DNA of 64,000 nucleotides from Proteromonas lacertae (lineage: Eukaryota). The DNA lies in the NCBI GenBank assembly GCA_002245135.1, contig NGBS01000585.1:248001-312000 (forward strand), given 5' to 3'. The notes below the pieces were generated by a model. It did no database searches, was not told the DNA's origin, and saw only the letters and a program-made list of their open reading frames with translations. The position numbers were made by a program, and so were the translations under genes. Positions 14,095 through 28,609 of this stretch are shown here, one piece after another; position 1 is the stretch's first letter, and every line of letters starts with the position of its first letter.

Positions 14095-17000
14095 CTATTC
14101 TTTCAATACATAATCAGATAAATCATTCCAGTTTGGACCATATTTTATTTTTACTTCTAAAGGAACTTTCAATTCTATAGAATGAACCATTGATCTACTA
14201 ATTAAAGGAACAATATTCTCAAATCTACCCTTAGGTATCTCGAAAACCAATTCATCGTGAATCTGACATATCAGATGAACATCAGTGTAAAATTGCAACA
14301 AATTATAAATATTGATCATCACTTGTTTTATTAAATCAGCAGCAGAAGCTTGACAAATAGTATTAACAGCTTGTCTTTGTGCTTGCATATTCTCATGATT
14401 ATTCATCGTTTTACTATCTGATGAAACAGTTAGATATCTTTTTCTACCACATAAGGTAGTAACATATCCATTCTGACAAGTATCTTCAATTACCTTGGCT
14501 TTCCATAGTCCAATATTAGGAAAAGACGACCAAAATGTATCCATCATCTGTGTAATAATCGTTGGCTCTATTCCCATCTCTAAAGCTAAGGTTGGTGCTG
14601 AAATACCATAGACTACTGAATAGCATATCTTCTTTACTGTATCTCTAGTTAAGAGTGTTAAATTGGGTGATATTTTCAACCACATGTCTAATATATCAGT
14701 AAAAATATCTTTAGAATTATGGAATAAATGCATTAAAGAAGGATCTTCAGAGAAATGAGCTAACATTCTTAATTCAATCTATTTTATAGTAAAAACAATA
14801 ATATACTTGTGAATAATCAAATGAAACATAATAACAATCATCATTATGAGGAATAAATAATTTCCTAAAATTAAATTGACTGGTTGAAGGACTTAAATCA
14901 TTATGATGAGTGCATCTAAACACTTTATCTGATGGATATGATAATATAAACACTTCATTGGGAGTATATACTTTTACAACAACTTGGAATATACAAGCTA
15001 GTTGTTTTTCTGTATAATTATAACCATATTGTTCCCAGTATAAATGTAATGGTTTTGAAGCAAATTCAAATGGATTTACTTTAGTTTTTGAGTTTGATTT
15101 TGGTATTAATGGTGGATATTGTGATGGTTGATTGATAAATAACTTATCATTTACTGATAGTAAAACAGCTGGTAAATATATATACTATTTATAATAAATA
15201 ATAGTAATATATAATATTATATACATTATCTCCATCTGAATCAGCTGGTGATATAATAATAACGGATATATTATTAAATGAATTGGATTTTGATTGTGAA
15301 GGTGATAGTATTTCATCATATATTGATAAGTTATCATGATTAATATATTGAATAATATGTGGAGAAGCTTGAATATTTGGATTACAGGAATATAATCTAC
15401 CAGTAGCAGAGAAATGACGAAATAATGGCTATTATATTATTATTATAAACAACAATTATATATAATATACATGTATAACAACATAATCACTATTATCATC
15501 ATTATATTCATTATTATTCAAACAATAATTATGTAAGAAATCAATCCATTGTGATGATAATGAATATAAACTTCTATATTCTAACAATAATGGAATTATG
15601 GGATGTTTGTCTTTGCAGGACTGTAATTCTAATGTCTTTGGAGGTTTATTGAATAAATTCAACTCTTTTACTAATACATAATTCACTTGATCTGGTGATG
15701 CAATATTCACATATTTATTACATAAACAATGGATATTGGCTTGATACTCTGACAAACCTTTTTGGATTATATAATACACTTTCTTTATATCTGATACTCG
15801 TATTTTCATTCCATATGTCTCCATATTAGAACACAACTATATAATGAATAATAATAATAATAATAATATACAAATATCAATGGACTTTCTACATTCATAT
15901 ACAATTGAAATAATTTCTCATGTTGTAATTTCCTTTCCAAAGACACTTTTAATGGCAAATATTTCATAATAAAATAACACTTTTTATCTATATTCGATAA
16001 TGATTTAATAGCTAAATATGGAGGGAATAAATGTATTCTAATCATTGCATCTACATCTGGTTGATTATTATCAGGATTCAATAACCAATGAGCAACAGCT
16101 AAATCAAATATTGGAGGTGTAATGTTGATAGAAAATGAACTGAAAAAGGAGATAACTTCTTGAAAAACACTACCAATCTATATATAATAGTAAATAATAA
16201 ATTTATACCTTCAATACTTGTGTAGAAGTCATTATATCTTGTAATATTTGTTTACTATTTTCATCAATCATCATATTTGATGGCAATGCATATAATTTTG
16301 TATTATCCCATGAAATCAACAATAATGATTGGTCTTTCTCTTTTTTCTTACCATAATAACAACTTAAACATATTTCATTTTTATTCTTTATTTCATTCCA
16401 AAATTGTGAATCTAATGTATGGATTATTGTTGGTTTAATCACTTGGTTATTAGTATTTATTGTTGGAACACTGTTCGTATTAATAATATGGTTTATATTG
16501 ACTGGATGTATTTTCAATACTACTTCTTCTTTATATCGTTTGCTGTTATTCATTTTATTATTCTCACCACCCCATTTCAAATCATTCTCTTCGTTTTCTG
16601 ATAATATTTCATCTTCATTATCTTCATCACTTGTATTATTCCCTTCACTATCACTGCTTACTACCTCATCATCATCATCATCAACTATATTCAATATCAT
16701 TCCACCATTATTATCTTGTTGTTGTTGTTGTTCAGGTGGTAATTGTGGTTGAGGTATTGATGATAATCCACTCAAATAATCTTTCGCTTTCTTTATAATA
16801 TAACTCACAACTTTCTCAGCTTCAGCAAGATTATCAACTTCTTCTTCAAATGATTTACCTTCTTTTATAATATTCACTAATTGAATATAATCTGCTTTTA
16901 TTAATGAATGGATTGTTTTATATCCTGATGAGTATAATTGTAAAGCTCTTTCTCTTGTCATTCCATATAATCCTCCTTCTAATTTCATCAATGGAATTAG

Positions 17001-19368
17001 TTTTTTTGATACGCCACATTGAACTTGTCCTTTTAAAGTTGAAAATAATAATTCATATTGATTCCAATGTAAATGATGACAGAATGCAATAATCATTGCT
17101 ACATATTGACCAGCACTTTGCTGTAATCTTTGTAAATCTCCTCTTCCTATTTTGTAGAAATTTGCTACAGCTAATAAAGGTCTATCTTGAATTATTTCAT
17201 AAATTAATAATGCTGAATAAAACCTTATATATTTCTATAACATAATAAATAATAATATAATATAATATATATACTAATAATTTAAAATCATTATCATTTA
17301 CAACTTGACCAGGTTTAATAATAGAATATATATGATTTGAACTTGGTGGTGAGAATGATAAACTACATAAGAATCCTTCATCAATACCAACTCTACTACC
17401 AACAGTCTTTGCAGATTCTGATAGTTTACCATATAATTCACTAAAATAATCCCATTTAGGAATAATCATAGGAGTAATTGGAGTGATTAAATATAATAAA
17501 TGTAAAGAATCTTTTAAATATAATTGTTTTTGTGATTGTATTAAGTCTTTCATTACCAATATTCCTTCTTCGGGTGATAATCCACTGTAGAATATTGCAT
17601 CTCCGAATAATGATGATTTTATTTCACTTAATAAGTGATTTTCTTTATTGATTCTATTGAGTGAAATAAATTCTTGATATTCTAAGAAGTGTAATGATTT
17701 CTTCACTAATGAAGTTACTTCTATATTAGCAACATCATGAGATAATAATGTGTAATTCATAAATGGATATATATCACCAACTGTAGTAATAATCTGAGAA
17801 ACAATAGTCTATATAATAAAGAATTAATAATAATAATTATTAATACCTCTAATAATAATGAAGTAACACCTCTCTTATCTCCACTCAATGGTGAAACAAC
17901 AGGTTGTAATTCAGATGTAATTATACTTCTTGCTAAACTTCCTTCATTTCTATAACATAATAAATAAGATTCACCACTATCACTATGGCCAAGTCTTCCA
18001 GCTCTACCAATCATTTGCTTATAATCTAAGGAGGATATATGTGAAGCACCTAATCTAGTGGATGTAATAATTACTGTATTGGCTGGTAAATTAACACCTG
18101 CAGCTAGTGTAGTTGTACAGAATAAGACATTGATATTTTTACTACGATAAGCATCTTCTATATATCCTTTCTCATCAATTGTTATTCCGCTGTGATGATA
18201 AGCTAATTTGAAGGTAATTGATTTAAGCAACTTTGGATCTACTGATAATTGTAATGATTTTAATTTCTATATATATAATAATAATTATATATATAATACA
18301 GTAACAATATCATTATTAGATTTCCCTTCTACTCCTTTCTTTTCTAAATATTTCACCAACAAATTACAATATGATTCACACTTCTGCCTTGCTGAACAGA
18401 ATACCAACAATGATTTATTATTATTAATTCCTTCTAAACACAACTCCATCAATATTTCATCAATATTTTGAGTATTGAATGTCTTTATTATTTCATTCTC
18501 TAAAGTTGTAATATTTCCATTTTCTACAATATATTCGTTTATTTTGATTGGTCGAACTGAACATACATAGCTTATACCATGAAACCAATCACTAATTGTC
18601 TCAATATTTGGTAATGTTGCACTTAATCCGACAATTCTTATTTTGGATAACTTTTTGAAATTTGAATATAATATTTTACTTACAATATGTTCTATTATAT
18701 ATCCTCTATTTGGATCACTTAATAAATGAAACTCGTCAATTATTATCATCGATAATTCATTAATCCTTTTCTCAGAGAGTAAAATGTTGATTAATTTATG
18801 TGCTTTTTCTATTGTACATATAGAAAATGCTTCCCCTTTGAATTTTCTCTATTTATTATATACATTCATTAATATTATATACATTATTACCTTGATATCC
18901 ATTCACTTTATAACAATCTTCTTTTGGCAGTAATCGAGAAGCTAATATCTTACGAAAATAGGCAGTCTTTTCTGTAACTAAACTAACATATGGTACAATG
19001 TATATAATTCTACCAAATTTCTCTTTTAGTCTTGTTATTGCCAACATTTCAGCAACCATAGTTTTACCTCCTGATGTAGGCGCTGTATAAATGAAATTTT
19101 CATCAGAATTCTTTTGCCCAAATCGAGTAGCTTCATATTGCCAAGGATAAAGAAAATTAACACCTTTATAAGCATAAACCTTTTGGAAACTTGGAACAAT
19201 AGGTAGTGGATATTGATCTTTTCCTAAATATTATATAAGATTATATTATAAACCTTCTTCTGTTGGATGAAATGATGAGGATTGTGTGGTTCGTGGTGAA
19301 TCAGCTACAAATGGCACTTCTTCTAGTAAGTCTGTGATTGATGTGTTTTTCTGCTGAGAATAATTCAT
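14095..19368 (-). CDS. POLQ: DNA polymerase theta (Hel308-like helicase plus family A polymerase)
   Basis: Helicase motifs APTSGGKT, DEFH, GLSATL, HHSG, TTTLAAGVNLPA and QMIGRAGR. Pol A motifs TGRLYSCNPNIQ, DYSQ-IELR, KKICYSVVYG and QIHDEL. Confidence 0.93.
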
Positions 19369-19482
19369 TATAAATAAGAAAAATTAAAAAATAGAAAAGG
19401 CGGTATTTGAAATTAGCCCTCTCATAGTCAAAACCAAAAATGAAAATCTATTTAAATTAACACTCATTTTATCTATTTACTT

Positions 19483-20678
19483 TTAATAAGCATAATGCTC
19501 AATAACCCATGGTGATGGAATACTATCAAAATCATCAGCTTTGAGTAATTCATTATTCACAGGTAAATTAGACACGCCAATGGGAGTAAAAACAGCATCA
19601 GTCAATTTTGTGATAAATGCATCAGGATCTTTACTTTCATTCGTTATTTTTATACTTGTCAAAGTATCAGCTAATCTCTTTTGTTTACTATACAATAATA
19701 ATATAATAATATATACTGTGGTGTTACAATCGGTATAGCACTCTGTGGTCTATGTGAATTATTATTATTATTACTATTATCAATATATTTTCTTCTTCTT
19801 GCACTTGATGGTCTTGCTGAATTTGGTCTTTGTTTGAATGGTTTTTGAGGTATTTGTGTGTTGTTGAATATATTTTCATCATATGTAATACGATTACATA
19901 TTGGTAATATATTATCTATATCTTCTTCATCTATATCTTCAACTATTACATCATCTTCTATTTGATTTGGTGAATAATTATCATTATTAATAGTGGTAGT
20001 TGTTGTTGATTTTCTTTTGTTTTTCTTATTTGTGTTATTAAAATCGATTTTCTGTAGATATGATTCATCCACTGTATATTGTAATACATTCTGCGGTTGT
20101 ATTAGTACATCTGATGGTACTGGTCGTATATCTGTAGTTGGTAAAGGATGAACTTGACCATTATATACAATTACTGGTTGAGAATAGATATTTGGTTTTA
20201 CTCTGAAATTGGATCTTACTATTTGTGGATTTTCATTTGTATATCTTGATCGAGGAGGTGCAGACTGCGGACGTTTGGGTAAATTAGGTTTACGAAAAAC
20301 ATCTATTTAATATATATTGTTATAAGATGAAATACTTTGAGAAATTGGCTTTTTGCCATATACACATAATTTGGGTTCTGACAACATTAATTCAAAAAAA
20401 CTGTGTTGAGCAGGTTGTTTATATTGATTATAATTTACTTTCACTGGCTATTGACAAATATAAGGTAAATATACAGCTGATTTACTTTTCTTTATTGCTT
20501 GCATTGCTTTAATCCTAGATGGACATTTTGGCTTATAGTAATTCTCTTTATGTGAATTACTAGTAATTACTGGGTCATAATGGAATAAAGAAGATCTAAA
20601 TTGTACAGGAGGAGGACTTTCTGATGGTTTGTGAATAGGTTCACTCCTTAAAGCGAATCTTTGACCACTCCTATTCAT
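19483..20678 (-). CDS. Hypothetical low-complexity protein with RP(Q/N/S)SA repeats
   Basis: ORFs 20448-20678, 19671-20072 and 19483-19695 are linked by GT-AG mini-introns. Repeats: RPQSA, RPNSA, RPSSA. Confidence 0.5.
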
Positions 20679-20731
20679 ACAAAATAAAGAAACAGTTTAT
20701 TGGAACAACCAAAATTTTCAAACACCTTTTT

Positions 20732-22487
20732 ATGTCTGTTTTTAAGAGCTGGGCTCCAGGAGATGTTTTTGGAGAAGATAACGTGAATAATAATAGCTTA
20801 AATAATATTCAATATAATATAAATGAAAGACAACAGTATAGTAGAGATGGACCAATTTCTCAATCAGTTAAAGCATTTGAAAACTGGTCACCTGAAGCTA
20901 TATTTGGTGAATGTATAGAATCAATATTATTTTGTAGGTCCTTCTTATCAACCTGTGAATGATAATAATCCAAACAATTTTGTTACTCAACAACCGAGGT
21001 ATGATATTCCTATTATTCAATCAAATAATTATATATCCCCAAAGAAACCAAAACCAAACACTTCACCTGAATTAGACATTTTTAATCAAAATCAAATTAA
21101 TTTCAACCAAAACAGCAGTTCTAGCAAGCCATTATACACTAAACCTATTAGTCAACCACAATTTCAACTCTCTCCACATCCACCAATCCAATATTATAAT
21201 GATAGACAACAAATGGAAGTCTTAAATTCATATGATAATAATAATCCAATATATCAATCAATACAACAACCAACAATATCAGAAGAAAATTTACCACCAG
21301 ATGAAAGACCAATAAAGCCAATGAAACAAATGAACAATATATTTAAACCTCCACAACAACAGCAGCAACAACAACTACAACAGCCAATTTCACCACTCAT
21401 TTGTAATACAGACAATACAGATTACCCACCTCGAAAATCAAACAATCCATCTCCTTCTCCCGGAAAGAAATATTTATTTAATTCTGATTATCCACCACAT
21501 CAATCACCTTATAAATCACCATCACCAAAAAAGTCTTTTCTATTCCACAATAACAACAACAAAAATAATAACAAAAGAATTAAAACTCCTGTTATTACTG
21601 ATGAAGACTTAGAAACTCATTTAAATTATTCATTTGATAAACCACTTCACTTAGCTGATAGTTCAAAATATCCAATTATTAAATCTAAAAAACCTCCTTC
21701 ACCAACTCCATTGTATGATAATGAAGAATTCAATGAATATCAATCTCCTATTCAATCACCTCCTTCGCAAATAGATCAAAATTTATACCAGCCATCTCCT
21801 CCAAAAGAATTTTCACCTGAAGAACAACAGCAACAACAATATTATCACCAGAATGATGAAATAGAGAATGAAATAAAACCAAGTTTTGAAATATCTGAAA
21901 AGAAAAAGAAGAAAAAGAAGAAACTAAATAAATCAAAATCACCAAATAAAGGAGAATCAATTAGTGCTATTAGAAATGCATTAGAAGAAGAAAGGAAGAA
22001 AATGAAAGCTATTATAGCAATTCAATCATTATATAGAATGAGAAAAGAAAGAAAGAAATACAAAGATGTAATTCAGAGAAGAGTAAAAAAGACAAAGAAA
22101 ATCAATATGAAAAAGAGAAAGAAAGCAGCTATAATAATTCAAAGAGCTTATAGAAGACATTTACAGTTATTATATGAAGCTATTTTAAGAGCAAGAAAAA
22201 GACATGTTAAATGTGGTAATTGTGGAAGTACAGAAGCCAATGGATTGTATTGTAAGAAATGTGGTTATAGAATCAAGCAGAATGCTAAGAAAAAGGATAA
22301 TAAACCAAAAGTAAAGGGTAAAATAAATGCAAAACCTAAAACAATACTTCCCAAAATAAATGCTCAGACAAAAGGAGAGAAAGTGAATAAAAAGGATGAT
22401 AGAAAATTGAACAATTCACCTATTCAAGTGCCAAAATCATATAAGGCTATTAGAAATGAAGTTAAACCGTACAAAAAGAAATATTAG
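20732..22487 (+). CDS. Pro/Gln-rich protein with IQ calmodulin-binding motifs and a zinc ribbon
   Basis: IQSLYRM and IQRAYRR. CGNC...YCKKCG. Duplicated N-terminal F..W.P...FG motif. Intron at about 20913-20937. Confidence 0.7.
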
Positions 22488-22560
22488 GTTTTTAATTAAT
22501 TAAAAGAACTAAAAAAACAAAAAATGAATAATAAATTATGTATTTTAAAAAATAATTTGT

Positions 22561-23934
22561 TTATATTTTTTCTCCATACCACCACTCTGGATATTTATCT
22601 TCATCTCTATATCCAAGATATTCATTCATACAATTTCTAAAACTTTCAACGGATACTGCGCCAGTACCATCTGTCTGTGAAGCACAGTTATATATTTTAT
22701 CAAATTCATCATCAGTAAAACTATAATTAATTGATTCAAAGATTTGTCTAATTTCTTCTTTATCTCTAGCATTAGTAAAATCTTCATCATCTAAATTAAG
22801 AGCATGATATGTAGCAGGATGTAATAAATTAAAAGCATTATCTTTCATTGAATAACATTGATAATCAGCTACAGATTTATTCACAGGTTCAGGAATATCG
22901 CTCCTTACTGTTGGCACACCAAATCTTCTAGTTTCCGTTGTGATATTTCTCCATCCTGGTCTTGTGGCTCTTCCTAAGTCAGGATCTGGCATTTGTTCTT
23001 CTCTTGTAGCATTACCATATACACAATCTAAAGCTCCCCATTCTCCTTTCTTTCTACCTTCTTTACCAAACACGTGATTTTCATCAAATGCTGGTGTAAT
23101 TCCTAAATGTCGTACTTTACCTAGATGATCACCTAGTGACTTTTTATCTTCTACTGCTTTGGGTATGATATTGGGAATATTCACTTTTGGATCGATTTTG
23201 GGGTTTAAACATAATCTACTTTCTAAATATGGATTATCAATGTAATAACCATATCTGTGTGTCTCTGGATCTTTTATTGTTTGTGGCCATTCATAATCTC
23301 TTGTTTTTGGCTCAGCTGGATCATAATCTTTATGTGTTTTCACGTATTGTCGATGAGTCTCAGCATCTAATGGTTTTATTTCATTTGGATATAATAGATT
23401 TTTGGCACTTTCTGAAAATCTTGTTGGTAAACCATAACTGAAGTTTGGATCTTCTACTTCTGGTGGTAATTTATATACTCTTTTGTATGGCTTTCCTAAT
23501 GGTTCTCTAATGTGTGTATCATATATTGATTCACTCTTTTCTTCTAATATTTTCTGTACCGTTCCTTTTTTCAAGTCATCTAAGCAATCTGGAACATGAT
23601 CTGAATTTAAGGTTTTATTACCGAATGTTTGACATTCCGGTGCTAATTTGCTTCTTTCTGCTTTATTTTTAATATTATCATCAAGCTATAAACAAGAAAT
23701 ATTAACGAAATAAACATACAACTCCTGGGTAACATCTAATCGATCCTGCTGGTTCAAAATATGTTTGTCTCCATTTTTTCACTTCATATGGAGTTTCTGG
23801 TCTCTGTTCATAAGTCAGATTGTATTTTGTTGTATCAGTTGGCAATTTAGGTATAAATTTACCAGCCTATAATTTATATAACTCGCATATTTATATACTA
23901 TTGGGACTTCATCCATATACATAGTAGTCTGCAT
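22561..23934 (-). CDS. EFHB: EF-hand domain family member B / CFAP21 (ciliary microtubule inner protein)
   Basis: ESIY....REPLGK, Y.KTH.DY.P.E...RDY.W, DPDLGR...PG.RN, FGVPTVRSDIP.P..KSVAD.Q.Y, and a C-terminal EF-hand-like segment. Confidence 0.85.
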
Positions 23935-24116
23935 TATAAACGGATTTTAATAAAAATAACGTTTTTCAAAATAGAATTGAATATTTTGGTTTTTTAAAAG
24001 CTATACATTCAATTTGATTATCATATTATAGTTGTAATTTTATTTTCTATCAATACAGATACTTGCCAAAAAATAAGAAATAAAATAATGAAATAATAAT
24101 TATTAAGTGATTTATC

Positions 24117-26161
24117 TTATGGTGCCATTGCATCAAGAGCAGCAGTTAATAATTTATCCATACGATCGATTTCTGTATCAGCTTTAGTTTGACTTTCTTT
24201 ATAAGGATATAGATTTCTTAAATTAGGTGATAATTTCAATGTCATTGTTCTACCATGATCATCACCTACTAATATTATAGGATCTCTTTGATTGAAGCAA
24301 ACATGAGTTAATTTAGCCTTCTTAACTACCTTTTGACTACAAATTGGATCATGCTTATTCACAGTCAAATCATATAGATGAACCATACCTTTAGAAGTAA
24401 CTGCACAGAATACAGTCGCACTGTAAGGTGACCAAGCAACATCACCCACTTCTTCGCCTAAATCAAATGTCATTATTGGTTCATTAATTCTATGATCCCA
24501 TATTCTCACTGTCCAATCAGCACTACAAGATAAAAACACACGAGGATGATATGGATTCCATTTTACTGTATAAATAGCCATATGATGACCTTCGTAAGTT
24601 TCTAAATATTGACCACTATAAGCTTTTGAACATTTATGTATTTTACCTTCTTCTGTTCCTACTATAAACATATGTTCACTTGTCTTATGAAAATCAAAAC
24701 ATAAACCACTTGCTAATCCTGTTAAAGCAGCACCTTCTTCTGGTTGTTCCTTTACTGTTGCTGTTGGTAATTTCAAGGACATTACAGGCTCCATTTTTAA
24801 CTCTGTATTAGTCATAATCCAATTAGCTATTATACCATCACCTGAGACTGAATAGAAGTTATGTTCTTTAGCTACATCTTCCTCTTGCCATCTCACTTCC
24901 CATACTGGATCACTATGAGTACCATTCTTTATACTTGATGAATATATTGGCTTATTAGACTTCAATTGTACATCAAATACTCTCACTGATCCATCATAAC
25001 AACCTACAGCTAATAATGATGGATGTTGTGGATGAAAATCTAAACAAGTTACTCCACTCTCTGTACTAAATGTGTATTCTGGATGTGAAGTATTTTTCAA
25101 TGAATATATATATATCAAACCACTATTCTGTTCTAAGAAATCATAACTACCAAAACCTACAGCAAACATATCTGGGAACTTTGGATGGAATAATAAGGAA
25201 GTAACTTGTTTCTTCTTTGATCTTTCAGAACAGAAGCACCATAATGGTAATAACGATCCTTTACCGTCAGTTCTGTAGGAATCTGCTTGATCTTCCCAGA
25301 AAGTAGCATCTTGATAAATATCATCTTCTTTATTTTGATTTACTATTCTTTCTAATATTTTTAATGTATAACCCATTGAATCTGCATGCATTACATCTGT
25401 TGACATTGACACTGTCCTATAATAACAATAATAATGGAATTATATATATATATATACTTAGCTGATGTATGTCCTTGTTGTATTTCATATTCATTCAAAT
25501 AATCATCATAAATTTTCCATTTTGATAAACTTCCACCAAAATTAGCTCTTGGTGGTGGTTTAGTTGTTACGAATTTCTCTCTCATTGGAGTTGTAAAGGT
25601 TTGAGCGGCTCGATCTGAGTAGTTGAATTGATTCCTCGTGATTAATAAATCATCTATATTTATTCCTTCTTCATCTTTATGTTCTTCCATTATTTTATCT
25701 ACTCTTTCTTTTTCTTCTCGTTTCTTTTCTTTGTCTCTTTCCATTTGCTCTTTTGCCTCATCACTGTCTTGTGGAATAAATACACCATCTACTGAATAAT
25801 GTATTGATAAACCATCTAAAACGTATGGAGTTTCTGCTTGATAGTTTTTATCTGTATAACTATATCTAACTTTGCACAATGGTTGATTCGGATCTGACCA
25901 TGATATGACTCTACATTAATACAGAATAGCAATTTAAAAATACCTTGGAACATCCTCCTCTTTTTGTTTATCAGTTAATTGAACATATCCTTTTGGTGTT
26001 ATAATTTGAGTGGTTGGACCAATATTGTCATCGTATATGGATGAGGTTTTGCCCTAAGAATTTATATTAAAACAATAAATAAATACCACTTCTACTTTAA
26101 CTGTCTTTCTAGCATGATATGCTTTAGGATTTTTAGTGGCTGGTGGCTTTGGAACAGGCAT
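24117..26161 (-). CDS. DNAI1: Outer-arm axonemal dynein intermediate chain 1 (IC78/DNAI1 type)
   Basis: RNQFNYSDRAAQT, LERIVNQN, LLPLW.F, MFAVGFGSYDF, SLKNTSHPEY, HSDPVW.V.W, GTEEGKIHKCSKAYS and FLSCSADWTV. Confidence 0.92.
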
Positions 26162-26299
26162 AAATAATCAAAAATATAACAAGTAACGTTTTTGGGCTTG
26201 ATTAAGTTTGCACTTCTATTTTGCATGAAACGGTATTATTATTTATTTTAATTAAAAAAACATCATTAATATATGAAATTGTAGATAAACAAATTTTAT

Positions 26300-28233
26300 T
26301 TAATCACAATCAAGTAGAGCTCTAACTTGATCAGGGGTATGAAGGAATATTGAATCAGGATCATCATATTGATTAACTGGATCATGAATAGCATTGTACA
26401 GTCTCTCATATATCTTACATATATTTTGAAATACTTGATTTCTACCCTGATTTCTTAATTTAGCTGTTAATAGATCAAATTGAGGTAATAGAGGAGAGAA
26501 CAACATCGAAGTCAATTGCTTTATCGATGAATATACTTCATCATATTTCCCATGTTGAGTTGCACTTAATGGAGTATCAGCTGATTTAGTCTGTAAAGCT
26601 AATAGTACCTGATCTAATCCACATTCTTTTATTAATACAGCAGTCTGATCACTTACTAATCTATCCATATAATCTTCCAATTCACTTCTTAAGTCTTGTA
26701 CATATTCACTTGTACATTCATAAACACATAAACTATTACTCAAACTATCCAGTGAATTAACAATAAATACATATTTATCTAAACTATCTAAACCTTGACT
26801 AGCTCTTTCAAATAATTCTTTAATAGGATTTACAACAATATCTAATATCTTCTTTATTGAAAACAAACTAGGATCATTTATAGATGATTGTTCATATAGA
26901 TTCAATAATTGAGTTATTTGTCCTATCAAATCAGTTACTGAATGTAATGGAGCTAAATCTACTGGATATGGAGCAGGACCAGATGTTATTTGTAATACAT
27001 TATTCGATACACATTCTTCTAATTTAGACTCAGCTGATTGTATAAGAGTATCGATTGTAGATATTAATCCTTCTACTGGTAACAATGGGTATAAAGTACC
27101 TCTATAAAATATCAACACTTGATAGATCTTATAGGAACTGATTGTATTTACAGTATTCATTAATATTTGTTCTACTCTAATATGAAATGTCTTAGATAAT
27201 CCACCAATTATTGCACCTAATATATCTTTCTCTTCTTTCTCACCATCAACAATTAAACTCCATAGATTCGATATTAATTCTTTTTCACTAGCTACAGTTT
27301 GATGAATCCAAGCAAACATATCACCAATATATCGAATAGGATCATGAGCGTTTAATTCGATTGGTTTATAACCACTGTTTGGAGATCCTCTGGTTAATGC
27401 AATTATGAACTTTCTAGATAAATCTCCTCTTCGAGAATGAACGATACTTTCTTTACAATGTTCTAGAAATATTGATCTTAAGGATAGATAATAGAGTGAT
27501 AATCTTAAATTATTGATATTTTCAGTTTGTAAGGATTTTTCTGTATTTAAACTTTGACATACCTGTTGAGTATAACTATATAGTCGTTTTAAACCTGTTT
27601 CTCGTATTGAGGAGATATCTTCTAATATTGGAATACATGCACTGTGTAAAGTTCCATCTTCATTTAACATTCTATTACAATCTTGATATATTTCTTCACA
27701 TCGCTTTAAGGCACGGAGAAAATCGGATAAATTGTTTGGTAAATTACATTCATTCAAACAATCTCGTTGATCTGAAGATAACTGAAAACGATTTAAGAAT
27801 TTTATTACATTCTCAGCTTTATTCTCGATACATTTTCTATTTACATTATTTCATATGTATATATACCTTTCTTTATCCAAATTATCAATTCCACTCAGAA
27901 ATTCGGAAGCAAGAGCTTCAGTTTCATTTATTGTACTGATTATTGAAGAAAATCGAGATTCTAATGTCGCTACAGAATCATCTACTAAATTCAACTTCTA
28001 TTTCTAATAAAAATAACAATATATACTTCTTCTACTTCTTCCATGCTTTCCAAAAACGATTTTGCTAAATCCAACCCTCTATCTTCTATATCTGTTCTTA
28101 AAGAACGACGACTTTCTAACGTATTACCACTATCACTATAGAAACTGGATAAAGAATCCAAAGACTCTAACATCGATGGAGTATCAGTTCTCATCTCCAA
28201 TACCTTTTTCAATTTTTTATCAATTATACGCAT
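26300..28233 (-). CDS. COG6: Conserved oligomeric Golgi complex subunit 6
   Basis: NTLESRRSLR.DIE, FIIALTRG....KPIELNAHDPIRYIGDMFAWIHQ.VASEKE, and C-terminal HTPDQVRALL. Confidence 0.93.
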
Positions 28234-28369
28234 CTTAATCTAAAAGGTTTTTCAAAAAAAATCAAACCTATTCAAGCTTTTAGTAATTTCTATTTTCAAT
28301 ACACAAAACAAACAAACATAATAAAAAAAAAGAATAATTAAAAGGTAAAAATTAAAAAGTAAAGAAAAA

Positions 28370-28609
28370 TCTAAAAAAAAGATAAAAAGACCTGCTATAA
28401 GTATAGCAATTATTATATTCTTTAATGAATATAATATTCTTATAATTTCATTGCCTCCTTCCTCACCTCCATCATCACCTCCTCTATTAACTGCATTACC
28501 TCCACCATTATCTTCTCTACTGACTATTGTTCCATCTTGTGAGCCATTTTCACTAGCAGTTTTAATTGCACTATTATCATTTGCTGAGTCTATTGTTGAA
28601 ATGATATAC
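28370..28609 (-). other. Non-MER3 tail: Gly/Asp-rich linker plus hydrophobic end, or the 5' half of a split intron
   Basis: Reads ISTIDSANDNSA...GGDDGGEEGGNE...NIIIAILIAGLFIFF. One fewer T in the T8 run would give TAG. Purine-rich on the transcribed strand. Confidence 0.4.

Noticed and set aside
14095..19368. Helicase plus family-A polymerase as a possible viral or Polinton-like insert
   Set aside because: It is the canonical intron-containing host POLQ architecture, with no capsid, integrase or terminal repeats.
28590..28609. 20-nt cis intron GTATAT...CAATAG as the MER3 continuation
   Set aside because: Splicing gives ILSK-stop. Other nearby AGs give a stop or non-MER3 sequence.
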